The notes beneath the pieces were generated by a model that saw only the letters and a program-made list of their open reading frames with translations, searched no databases and was not told the origin of the DNA. A stretch of DNA of 23,865 nucleotides, taken from positions 1 through 23,865 of the forward strand of contig JBDRLB010000070.1 of the NCBI GenBank assembly GCA_043813365.1. The letters run 5' to 3'. The position numbers were made by a program, and so were the translations under genes. Position 1 is the first letter of the stretch. Each line of letters starts with the position of its first letter. This DNA is from Candidatus Micrarchaeota archaeon. GTDB lineage: Archaea > Micrarchaeota > Micrarchaeia > Norongarragalinales > SBBD01. Positions 7,505 through 16,003 of this stretch are shown here, piece after piece.

Positions 7505-10129
7505 ATGATCGAGACTGCAACCCAGGAAAACACCCGGGAAGAAGTGCTCCAATTGCTCAACCCCAATGTGCGGCAGTGGTTCTCGCACTTCCAGGAGCTT
7601 ACGATGCCCCAGAAGTTCGGGGTGAAGCTGATCCACGAGAATAGGAATACCCTTATCTCCGCGCCAACCGGTTCCGGGAAAACCCTCACGGCGTTCCTTT
7701 CCGTAATCAACGAGCTGGTGGGGTTGGCTGAAAAGGGCAATTTGGAAGACCGCATCTATTGCATCTACATCTCCCCTCTCCGGGCGCTCGCTGCGGACAT
7801 CGAGCGCAACCTAAACGGCCCGCTATCTGAGATTGAGAAAATCCACGAGGAAAAAACGGGAAAGAACCATGGAATACGGGTTGCGATGCGCTCCGGCGAC
7901 ACCAGCGCCTCAGAAAGGGCCAGAATGGTGCGCAAGCCGCCGCACATCCTCATCACCACGCCAGAATCGCTCGCAATCATCCTCTCCTCCCCGAAATTCA
8001 TCGAGAATTTCAAGTGGGTGAGGTGGGTCATCGTGGATGAAATCCATGAGTTGGCAAACGGCAAGCGCGGCGTGCACCTTTCGCTTTCCCTTGAACGGCT
8101 CCAGAACCTCAATGAAAAAAAGTTCGTGCGGATCGGGCTCTCCGCCACCATTGCGCCCTTGGATCGCATTGCCGAATTCCTTGTGGGCTTCGATGGGGGG
8201 AAGCCGGCCGATTGCAAGATTGTGAACGCGCAATATGCAAAGGAGATGAAGCTCGGGCTCATTGCGCCCTCAGAGGATCTGATACACACTACGCAGGATG
8301 AGCTGCAAAAGCGGACATACAAGATTTTGGACGATCTGATTCAGTCCCACCAGACCACCCTGATTTTCACCAACACGAGGAGCGGCACCGAGCGCCTCGT
8401 CCACCATCTCAAGCAATACTTCCCCAATAATTACCTTGATAGGATAGAGGCGCATCACTCTTCCCTCTCGCGGGATGAGCGCCGGGATGTTGAAAAAAAA
8501 CTCAAGAACGGGGAGCTCAAGGTCGTGGTGAGCTCCACCAGCCTCGAACTCGGGATTGACATCGGCTACATAGATTTGGTAATACAAATCGGCTCCCCTA
8601 AATCGGTATCCCGCGCCCTGCAGCGCACGGGAAGGAGCGGCCATGACATCTACAAAATCTCAGAAAGCAAGATGATCGGGCTGGAGCGTGACGACCTTGT
8701 CGAGCTGGGGGTCATGCTGCAAGAAGCCTACAAAGGCCATATTGACAAGGTTCAGATACCCGAAAACTGCCTTGATGTCCTTGCGCAGCACATAATTGGC
8801 ATGGCAGTAGAGAAGCATTGGACTTTCGAGGCGGCATTCAAATTGGTGAGGCAGAGCTACTGCTACCGCAACCTATCCGAAAAGGATTTCAAATCCGTGC
8901 TGCTTTTCCTTTCCGGAAGCTATTCCTCGCTTGAAAAATACCGAGTGTATGGGAAAATATGGTACGACGAGCAGAAAGGCGAATTCGGAAGGCGCGGCAA
9001 ACTGCTCCGCGTGATTTATGCGACAAACATCGGCACCATCCCCGACGAAGTTTCGGTTTCCGTCCAGCTCATGCCATTGGGCCGCCACATCGGTAATATA
9101 GAAGAGGAATTCCTCGAGCGGCTCCGCAAGGGCGACCGGTTCGTTCTTGGGGGGAAAACTTATTCGTATGAATATGCGAAGGGGATGAACGCATACGTCT
9201 CCCTTGCAACCGGGCTGAAGCCCACGATTCCGCAATGGTTCTCCGAAATGCTCCCGCTCTCCTTTGATTTGGCGAATGCGATCGGGAAATTCAGGGGTAT
9301 GCTTGCTGATAACCTCAAGAACAAGAGCAAGAAGGAGGCGATTACTTTCATTTCGATCAATTGCCACTGCAACGAGGAGGCTGCAACAGCGATCTACAAC
9401 TATTTTTCGGAACAGATGGCGTTCCTCAACATCCTACGCTCCAACACCTTCCACTCCGACCGGCAGCTCATAATAGAGGAATTCCTTTCCGAGGGGAAGA
9501 GGCACTTCATTTTCCATTCCCTGTTCGGAAGGAGGGTCAACGAGGTTCTCTCCAAGGTGCTTGCAGCCCGCATTTCGCACAAAATCAACCGCAACGTTGT
9601 CATTTCGCTCAACGACAACGGCTTCGTCCTCACCATGAGCCGCGCCGTGAACGTGGAAATAAAGAAGGAGCTTTTCCTGATGGCCAACCTCGATTTGGAG
9701 GAGGAAGCAAGGGAAGCAATAAAGCAGACCGAAACTCTCAAGAGGAAGTTCCGCAACGTTGCAGTGCGCTCGCTGATGATTTTGCGCAATTACATGGGAA
9801 GGAAGCGCTCAGTTAGGAAGCAGCAGATGTCCGCTCACGTCATGCTCGGCATCTCCTCCCGCCTGGTGGATTTCCCTGTGATAAAGGAAACATTCCGCGA
9901 AATTCTGGAGGACCACATGGATCTCAACAATGCGCGCTTGGTGCAGAAATGGCTGAAGGATGGGGACATGACCGTTACCGTCCTTCCTCCTTACGATCTG
10001 CCCTCCCCTTTCGCGCAACTGCTCATCACGCAGGGCATATCGGATGTTGTTTTGATGGCCGACAGGAAGGCTATTCTGGAGCAGCTGCATACTCTGGTGC
10101 TAAAAAGAATAGGGCGCATAAAAGATTAA
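7505..10129 (+). CDS. lhr: Lhr family SF2 DNA helicase (archaeal Lhr core type)
   Basis: APTGSGKT, ITTPESL, DEIH, GLSAT, HHSSL, SLELGIDIG, QRTGRSGH, GTIPD. ATG 7505 preferred over GTG 7496. Confidence 0.93.
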   Translation: MIETATQENTREEVLQLLNPNVRQWFSHFQELTMPQKFGVKLIHENRNTLISAPTGSGKTLTAFLSVINELVGLAEKGNLEDRIYCIYISPLRALAADIERNLNGPLSEIEKIHEEKTGKNHGIRVAMRSGDTSASERARMVRKPPHILITTPESLAIILSSPKFIENFKWVRWVIVDEIHELANGKRGVHLSLSLERLQNLNEKKFVRIGLSATIAPLDRIAEFLVGFDGGKPADCKIVNAQYAKEMKLGLIAPSEDLIHTTQDELQKRTYKILDDLIQSHQTTLIFTNTRSGTERLVHHLKQYFPNNYLDRIEAHHSSLSRDERRDVEKKLKNGELKVVVSSTSLELGIDIGYIDLVIQIGSPKSVSRALQRTGRSGHDIYKISESKMIGLERDDLVELGVMLQEAYKGHIDKVQIPENCLDVLAQHIIGMAVEKHWTFEAAFKLVRQSYCYRNLSEKDFKSVLLFLSGSYSSLEKYRVYGKIWYDEQKGEFGRRGKLLRVIYATNIGTIPDEVSVSVQLMPLGRHIGNIEEEFLERLRKGDRFVLGGKTYSYEYAKGMNAYVSLATGLKPTIPQWFSEMLPLSFDLANAIGKFRGMLADNLKNKSKKEAITFISINCHCNEEAATAIYNYFSEQMAFLNILRSNTFHSDRQLIIEEFLSEGKRHFIFHSLFGRRVNEVLSKVLAARISHKINRNVVISLNDNGFVLTMSRAVNVEIKKELFLMANLDLEEEAREAIKQTETLKRKFRNVAVRSLMILRNYMGRKRSVRKQQMSAHVMLGISSRLVDFPVIKETFREILEDHMDLNNARLVQKWLKDGDMTVTVLPPYDLPSPFAQLLITQGISDVVLMADRKAILEQLHTLVLKRIGRIKD

Positions 10130-10138
10130 GGAGTAAAA

Positions 10139-10927
10139 ATGCCAAAACTAAAGGACCGCATTGGCAAGCTGTTCAAGAAGCAGTTTTCAACCGCGAAAAT
10201 CCGCATTTTGAAGGAGGGAGGCGTTTATTTCGATGATTTGGGCATCCTTGCAATTACTGATTTGCAATTGGGGCACGAGGCCGTTTTGCACAATAGGGGG
10301 GTGGATGTGCCGCTGGAGCAGTTCCCGATAATCCTCGAACGCATCGAAAGCATGCTCCTTCGAACCAAAGCGGAACGCGTGCTGATAAACGGCGACATGA
10401 AGCACGAATTCTCGCACGCGATGCAGCAGGAGTGGGACGAAGTTCTCGAGCTCCTGAAATTCTTCAAAAAGAGAGAAGTGGAGCTGATCCTTGTGAGGGG
10501 CAACCATGACAATTACGTCGCGAAAATCCTCCGGAACCAAAATCTGAAATTGCACGATTACTTCCTTGAGAAGGGGATACTTTTCATCCACGGGCACAAG
10601 AAGTTGGGGGAGTACGGCGAATTTCCGGAATTGAAGGAGTATTCCACTTTAGTGATTGGGCATGTCCATCCGGCCGTTTCCCTCCATGATGAGGTCGGCG
10701 TCCCGCACAAGTACAATTGCCTGCTGAAAGGCGAGTTCCAAGGAAAGGAGCTGCTTGTTCTGCCGTCAATTTCCCCCCTCGCTTCCGGGGCGGACCTCGT
10801 TTCGCGGATTTATGAAACGGACACACTTTCTCCCATTTTGGACGAATGCGACATCGGGGATTTTGTTCCAGTTGTGATCGATCCGGAAGGGGGAGTGAAG
10901 GAGTTCCCGAAAATCAGGTACCTCTGA
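10139..10927 (+). CDS. Lhr-associated metallophosphoesterase (calcineurin-like)
   Basis: DLQLG, NGDMKH, RGNHD, IHGH, IGHVHP motifs; AAGGAG SD; 9 nt after lhr. Confidence 0.88.
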   Translation: MPKLKDRIGKLFKKQFSTAKIRILKEGGVYFDDLGILAITDLQLGHEAVLHNRGVDVPLEQFPIILERIESMLLRTKAERVLINGDMKHEFSHAMQQEWDEVLELLKFFKKREVELILVRGNHDNYVAKILRNQNLKLHDYFLEKGILFIHGHKKLGEYGEFPELKEYSTLVIGHVHPAVSLHDEVGVPHKYNCLLKGEFQGKELLVLPSISPLASGADLVSRIYETDTLSPILDECDIGDFVPVVIDPEGGVKEFPKIRYL

Positions 10928-10969
10928 TCCGTATTGTTTTTTATTCATACTATTTCCCATTATAACGCT

Positions 10970-11098
10970 GCCTCCGTAGCTCAGTAGCAGAGCGTCTGCC
11001 TTGTACGTCCTTTTCTTTGGCGCGGTGCCATCGCACCTTTCTTCCAAGAAAGGGGCAAGGCGAGCAGAAGGTCGCGAGTGCAATCCTCGCCGGGGGCT
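10970..11098 (+). tRNA. tRNA-Thr(UGU) with a 57-nt intron at 37/38 (11006-11062)
   Basis: Acceptor GCCTCCG/CGGGGGC plus discriminator T; D arm GCTC/GAGC; anticodon stem TCTGC/GCAGA with loop CT-TGT-A|A; T arm GCGAG-TGCAATC-CTCGC; relaxed bulge-helix-bulge at the junctions. Confidence 0.92.
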
Positions 11099-11108
11099 TA
11101 TTTTGTTT

Positions 11109-11211
11109 TTGGAGGGGGTTTGCTTCCAAGGGTATCGTGAAGCTTGCTTCGCGATGAGTAGCCTAAAAGGCTACGAAAGCGGGGGAACCGGAGGTGCCCC
11201 CTAAGACGCTT
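11109..11211 (+). other. GC-rich four-hairpin structured spacer downstream of the tRNA
   Basis: TTGGAGG/CTTCCAA; ATCGTGAAG-CTTG-CTTCGCGAT; GTAGCCT-AAA-AGGCTAC; GGGGGaACC-GGA-GGTgCCCCC. Confidence 0.6.
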
Positions 11212-11234
11212 GTGCTAAATCCTCGCCGGGGCTT
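11212..11234 (+). repeat. direct repeat of the tRNA-Thr 3' end (att-like)
   Basis: GTGCTAAATCCTCGCCGGGGCTT versus tRNA GTGCAATCCTCGCCGGGGGCTT; 14-nt exact core AATCCTCGCCGGGG (11082-11095 and 11218-11231). Confidence 0.85.
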
Positions 11235-11310
11235 TGGTAAACAATAGCTAATCTTTAATAAACACGATTTTGATAGTATATTTCCGATTTTTCAATAGAG
11301 GTGGGTTTTG

Positions 11311-11646
11311 ATGAACAAGAAAGCAATCAGCATGGTAATGATCCTCCTGGGAGTCGCATTCAGCACGCTTGCGCTGAACCAGCTAAACCAGATGTCAATT
11401 AGCAGCGCGCAATCAGAGCTCGCTAGGCCGGTTGCGGAGGCTCAAATTGCTGCCAATGAGCAGTTCGCTTTGAGTTATGGCCAGACGCAGGATGAAATAG
11501 ACAAGACTTCGAAGGAGGCACGCGACCTCATAGAAAAAACCATTGCCGCAACAAACCAGTCATACCTCCAAACTGCTTTGATAGATGGCATCTTAGGGCT
11601 GGTGCTGCTGTTTGCCGGCTTAATTACATTCCCGAAGGAGCTTTGA
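11311..11646 (+). CDS. small membrane protein with two predicted TM segments
   Basis: Hydrophobic N- and C-terminal segments around a helical polar region; GAGGTGG SD. Confidence 0.75.
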   Translation: MNKKAISMVMILLGVAFSTLALNQLNQMSISSAQSELARPVAEAQIAANEQFALSYGQTQDEIDKTSKEARDLIEKTIAATNQSYLQTALIDGILGLVLLFAGLITFPKEL

Positions 11647-11679
11647 TTTTTCCATTTTCCTTTTTTTGGGGTTTTGTTG

Positions 11680-13277
11680 ATGAGTGAAAACGAGGACAAG
11701 GTATTCGAGGAGATCTACGGCGAGCTTACTGAGAATCCCGACATCACCCCCCAGCAGCTGCTCAAGCTGAAAAACCGGCTCGCAAGCAAATACGGCCAGT
11801 CCCGGACAGTCAAAAACCCCGAAATACTTGGAAGGCTGGAAAAGGAGGGGAAACTAACCCCCGAACTCAGGAAAGCGCTCAAAATAAAGCATATCCGCGC
11901 TCTCTCGGGGATCTCCAACATCGCCATAATGACCGCCCCGCTACCCTGCCCAGGAAGATGCATCTACTGCCCAGGCGGCCCCTTATTCAATTCCCCTAAA
12001 TCGTACACCGGAAAGGAGCCTGCTGCCAGAAGGGCGGAGCAGAATGGGTTCGATTCCTACAGGCAAGTGGAGGCAAGGTTGAGGCAATTCTCATTAATCG
12101 GGCATTCTGCCGACAAGAACGAGCTGATAATTCAAGGCGGCACATTGAACGCCCTTCCCATAACATACCAGACGGATTTCATCAAGGGCGCTTATGATGC
12201 ATTCAACGGGAAAATAAGTGGGAGTTTGGAGGAGGCTATCAAAATAAATGAGACTTCCAAGCACCGCGTTATCGGCTTAACGATTGAAACCCGCCCTGAT
12301 TTTTGCGCGGAAGGCCAGCTTTCCAAACTACTTGAATTCGGCACCACGCGCATCGAGCTGGGTGTCCAATCGCTTGAAGATAAAATACTCCAGAAATCAA
12401 AAAGGGGCCATTCCGTGCAACAGGTTGTTGATGCGACGAGGAGATGCAAGGATTCGCTGCTGAAAATCTGCTATCACATGATGCCGGGGCTGTTTGCAAC
12501 CCCCGAGGAAGACATCGCATACTTCAAGAAGCTCTTTTCCGACCCCTCCTTCCAGCCGGATATGCTCAAAATCTACCCCACACTTGTGATGCCAAATACG
12601 GAACTTTACGAAATGTGGAAAAAAGGCGAATATGTTCCTTACACGTCGGAGGAAGCAGCTGCTGTAATTGCGGAATCTAAAAATTCGTCCCGGAATGGTG
12701 CCGCATAATGCGCGTTAATCGGGACATTCCAGTCAACCTCATTGCGGAAGGCGTGAAGAAGAGCAACTTGCGCGAATTGGTTGTCGAGCAAGCCAAAAAG
12801 AAGGGCATCAAATGCAGGTGCATCCGCTGCAGGGAAATCGGAATAAAGATGCTTAAGGAAAAAATCAAGCCTGATTATGATAATGTGGAGCTGGTGCGCC
12901 GCGAATATGCTGCTTCTGAAGGGAAGGAAATTTTCCTCTCTTTTGAGGACAAAACAAATGATGCGCTCATGGGCTTCATACGTTTGAGGAGGAACTCATC
13001 CCATCAATTCCGGCCAGAGATGGACGATTCCACGATGGGTATCCGCGAGTTGCATGTTTACGGTGAACAATTGCCATTAGGGAAGCACGAAACGGATAAA
13101 TTCGACCCCACCCAGCACGAGGGCTACGGCTCCCAACTATTGAAGGAAGCGGAAAGGATTGCCAAAGGGGAATTCGACGCCAAAAAGCTGTTGATAATCT
13201 CCGGAGTCGGTGTCCGCGAATACTACCGGAAGCGCGGATATGCCCTGGAGGGGGTTTACATGGGGAAGAAATTGTGA
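11680..13277 (+). pseudogene. elp3: Elp3 tRNA U34 carboxymethyltransferase (radical SAM + KAT), split by a 1-nt frameshift at 12679-12683
   Basis: CPGRCIYCPGG, PKSYTGKEPA, IETRPD, ELGVQS, HMMPG, KIYPT in the first frame; RVNRDIP, CRCIRCRE, RELHVYG, QHEGYG, ISGVGVREYY in the second. One extra A restores SKKFVPEWCRIMR and a 532-aa protein. May be a sequencing error rather than a pseudogene. Confidence 0.85.
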
Positions 13278-13670
13278 TTACTTCATTCTCTGAAGCACGT
13301 TAGAAACAAAATGCCTGAACGAGTCCCTATTGTCCTCAAGTGACGACAAGAAAACCCTGCCCCCATTGATGAATACCGTTGTGGGGAAACCCTCTGGCGC
13401 ATACCTTTTCCTCAGCGCTTCATGCTGCAGTGTTGGGTAAACCGCTTTTTTTCCTCCTTCGACTTCCCTTCTTTCATGGGACAAATCGAACCTTGCCACC
13501 TGAATCCCCGCCTCTTCCAGCTTCCCCGCTTCCGCCTCGAAATGGGGCTGCAGTTCCTTGCAGTCGCCGCACCACTTTGCGCCGAATTTCACAACAAGCG
13601 GCCTTCCGGATTTAACCAATTCGGCGAGTTCCTCCGGCGATTTGATTTCAATGATTCCCATTGTGCTCAC
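13278..13670 (-). CDS. thioredoxin-family protein
   Basis: VVKFGAKWCGDC active site and cis-Pro motif GFPT; GTG start overlaps the PIN stop by 4 nt. Confidence 0.85.
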   Translation of the reverse strand: MSTMGIIEIKSPEELAELVKSGRPLVVKFGAKWCGDCKELQPHFEAEAGKLEEAGIQVARFDLSHERREVEGGKKAVYPTLQHEALRKRYAPEGFPTTVFINGGRVFLSSLEDNRDSFRHFVSNVLQRMK

Positions 13671-14086
13671 CTGATAATCTCCATTTCCTTGAATTTCCTG
13701 AAATCCTCATCATATGTCAGTATTTTCTTGATGCCGTTTGCGAAAAGGCAGGTGCAGATCAGCGAATCGGTGAAATCTGCATTAAGCTCCTCGGCCATTA
13801 TCGAAGCTCGCAAAACATACTCTTCCTTCGCTTCTATGATTTTGAAATTTTCGTCAGAAATCAGCTTATCCAGCGTATTGTTGGCTACCTGCCTGCTGAA
13901 TTTCCTTCTCAGGTAGTTAGCGAATTCGGTCAGGATCGGCATTGGTATTGCCATCCTCTCGTGCTTTCCATAGCATTCGGCGAACCGCTGCTTTGCCTGC
14001 CTTACGGTTTTTTTCATTTCAGCTGAAAGCTCGGGATTTTCTTCAGTTACGCGGTATATCAGTGCGTTGGTATCGACTGCTATCAT
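13667..14086 (-). CDS. vapC: PIN-domain toxin (VapC-like)
   Basis: IAVDTNAL, ILTEF, FTDS, LTYDEDF. Confidence 0.88.
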   Translation of the reverse strand: MIAVDTNALIYRVTEENPELSAEMKKTVRQAKQRFAECYGKHERMAIPMPILTEFANYLRRKFSRQVANNTLDKLISDENFKIIEAKEEYVLRASIMAEELNADFTDSLICTCLFANGIKKILTYDEDFRKFKEMEIIR

Positions 14087-14328
14087 TTGTAATTACCCAT
14101 CATCCCGCCCTCTGCAATCAGGTCATCCATGTTCTTCAGGTCGTCTTCGGTCAGCTTAAGACTATCGAAGCATTTTGCGAATGACCCGCGTTTGCGCTGC
14201 CGGAGTATCAGTTTGTCATCTATTCTGATGATGAGCATCTCGCTCCCCAGCCCTTTCCGCAGTTCGGCAGGAATCAACACCCTACCTATCTTGTCCATCC
14301 TTACCTTTGATTTGCCAAATAAATACAT
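14083..14328 (-). CDS. AbrB/MazE-type antitoxin (VapB-like)
   Basis: RMDKIGRVLIPAELRK swapped-hairpin motif; ATGA overlap with the PIN gene. Confidence 0.85.
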   Translation of the reverse strand: MYLFGKSKVRMDKIGRVLIPAELRKGLGSEMLIIRIDDKLILRQRKRGSFAKCFDSLKLTEDDLKNMDDLIAEGGMMGNYK

Positions 14329-14396
14329 AATTTACCACTTTTTGCCAAAATTGGCAATTATTGTTATAAATGGCAAAATTAATAAATATTGGCAAA
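14311..14396. promoter_or_regulatory. array of TTTGCCA/TGGCAA half-sites, probable AbrB operator
   Basis: TTTGCCA 14311, TTTACCA 14331, TTTGCCA 14341, then TGGCAA at 14352, 14371 and 14390, in an AT-rich promoter region. Confidence 0.65.
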
Positions 14397-14450
14397 TGCC
14401 TTCTTTCCAGCGGCGCCACCGCCGCTTTCTTCGGAAGAAAGGGGCAAGGC
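14397..14450 (+). repeat. intergenic homolog of the tRNA-Thr intron
   Basis: 14410-14450 aligns with 11022-11061 at 35 of 41 columns, including an identical 16-mer AAGAAAGGGGCAAGGC. Confidence 0.8.
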
Positions 14451-14452
14451 AA

Positions 14453-15547
14453 TTATAGCCAATACCCCGTCCTTCCGGCTCCGGTTATTTCCGATGAGCC
14501 GATAGCCGTGTACTTCTTATTACCGATGACAACTTCCGCATTGCAGGGATAAGTGTTGTAATCTATATCCGTCTTCAGTATCAGGTTGGCTAGCTTCATC
14601 CCCCTTATGGAATGCACATCGATCTCGTATTTCGGCGTTATTTTCAGCTCTATTTTCCCCTCCTTGCTCTTCACGGAAAGCAGGGGTGTTTTGGGCGATT
14701 CCCATTTTAGCTTCGTTTCGGCGTCTTCAAATACCTCCGCCTCCCCCGTTTCCGGGTCCCAGTTGATCAGCTGGATGAAAATCGGTATCTGGTACTTGCC
14801 GCGCTCGAAGAAGAAATGCATGAAGCTCACGAACTTCTCGATTTTCTGCTCGTCCTCCTGGAAGCAATCCAGTATGGTCCAATGCCACCCCTGCGAAATC
14901 ATCGGCGTGCGCATGTGGATGTTCTCGTTATATGAAAAATTGCTCGCGATGTTCTTCCCAATAAGCTCCTCCGCCTCCCCTAGCTGGAAAAGCGAAATGT
15001 CGCCCTTCCCCTCGATTTCAATGGAGCCCTTCGCGGGCGAAATCATCCAATAGGCAAGGATCTGGTCGAATTCCTTGAAAATGCACTTGAATTTCTTTAT
15101 CTCGTCCGATAGTTTTTCGAATTTATACGTAAGTTTCAGCTCCCCTTCGCTTGCTGGGCCCTTTTTCCGGAATTTCGCGGTCACCTCGTATTCCGAGGGG
15201 CTGCCCTTCCAATCCACCTCCCTCCCTTCCTCCTTGATGGTGAACATCCCGTCGCCAAATTTTGTGGAATCGTTGCAGAATCCTTCCCCGATCCTGTAGG
15301 TTTTGCCCTTGTAGCGCAGCTCGTGGAAGAGATACCGCTGCAGGTCATCATACCCCAATGTGATGTACGCGGATAGGTCCTTATTGGTGACGTTCGCATA
15401 AATCCATCCGCGCTCCTTGGATTTTTTAGTCTCGTTGTAAAGGTGTTCCGGGGAAAACAGCGCATCATACTTGCCCGTCTCCTCAAGCCTCATTTTCGCC
15501 CTTCCGTCGAACGTATGCACCATAACCTGCTTGTTAGTGAGCTTCAT
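14453..15547 (-). CDS. hypothetical beta-rich protein, possibly AttH/CrtC/tocopherol-cyclase-like double barrel
   Basis: Long ORF; GWHW and C-terminal Y..PC...V...K.Y.AIGSSEITG resemble the GWDW and G.GY.ELTG motifs of AttH-like proteins. Family call is weak. Confidence 0.55.
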   Translation of the reverse strand: MKLTNKQVMVHTFDGRAKMRLEETGKYDALFSPEHLYNETKKSKERGWIYANVTNKDLSAYITLGYDDLQRYLFHELRYKGKTYRIGEGFCNDSTKFGDGMFTIKEEGREVDWKGSPSEYEVTAKFRKKGPASEGELKLTYKFEKLSDEIKKFKCIFKEFDQILAYWMISPAKGSIEIEGKGDISLFQLGEAEELIGKNIASNFSYNENIHMRTPMISQGWHWTILDCFQEDEQKIEKFVSFMHFFFERGKYQIPIFIQLINWDPETGEAEVFEDAETKLKWESPKTPLLSVKSKEGKIELKITPKYEIDVHSIRGMKLANLILKTDIDYNTYPCNAEVVIGNKKYTAIGSSEITGAGRTGYWL

Positions 15548-15682
15548 AGTGATCAACAGAAAAGTCAATAAAACCCTTTATTCCCGTTCTACATATAAAC
15601 CCAATAACTTTATTATCCTTGAGAATGGTAATGGTAAACTCGTCAGCCCAAACAGCCGGGATTCCATTTTAAGGTGGGAAAT

Positions 15683-16003
15683 ATGCAGAAATTCGTCTAC
15701 CAGATCGAAGCGAAGGATTATGGCAAGTTGAAGGGCATACTTGCAGCGGATCCGTACTCGCGCGACTCCTTTGCAATCAACGGCTATGTGCTGAAGGAAA
15801 GCAAGCCTCTGGGGCCGAAAGGCGGCTTTTACTTGCTGTTCTTCAAAACAATGGATGATGAGCTGGTGCCGAAGCTGAAGGCGCGGCTTTCCGTTCTCGA
15901 GACACTGAAGGAGCTCGCAGGCGCAGAGAAGGATTCAATCGTATCCCAGATAGAGGGAGAGGAGGACAATGCAGCCGCAGGCATAGGGAATATTTTCGGC
16001 TGA
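15683..16003 (+). CDS. hypothetical protein, resembles small conserved archaeal proteins ending EE.NAA.G.G.IFG
   Basis: AAGGTGG SD before ATG 15683; 106 aa. Confidence 0.75.
   Translation: MQKFVYQIEAKDYGKLKGILAADPYSRDSFAINGYVLKESKPLGPKGGFYLLFFKTMDDELVPKLKARLSVLETLKELAGAEKDSIVSQIEGEEDNAAAGIGNIFG

Noticed and set aside
6044..10090. Long antisense and alternate-frame ORFs within the ATPase and lhr genes
   Set aside because: Expected from codon bias of the real genes; no motifs.
7505..10927. Lhr-metallophosphoesterase pair as a new system
   Set aside because: This gene pairing is already well known.
11001..11204. 67-aa ORF
   Set aside because: Overlaps the tRNA and the structured spacer.
11311..11646. 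Type IV pilin (MNKKA|ISMV resembles a class III signal)
   Set aside because: A second C-terminal TM segment and no pilin-like globular domain argue for an ordinary membrane protein; not fully excluded.
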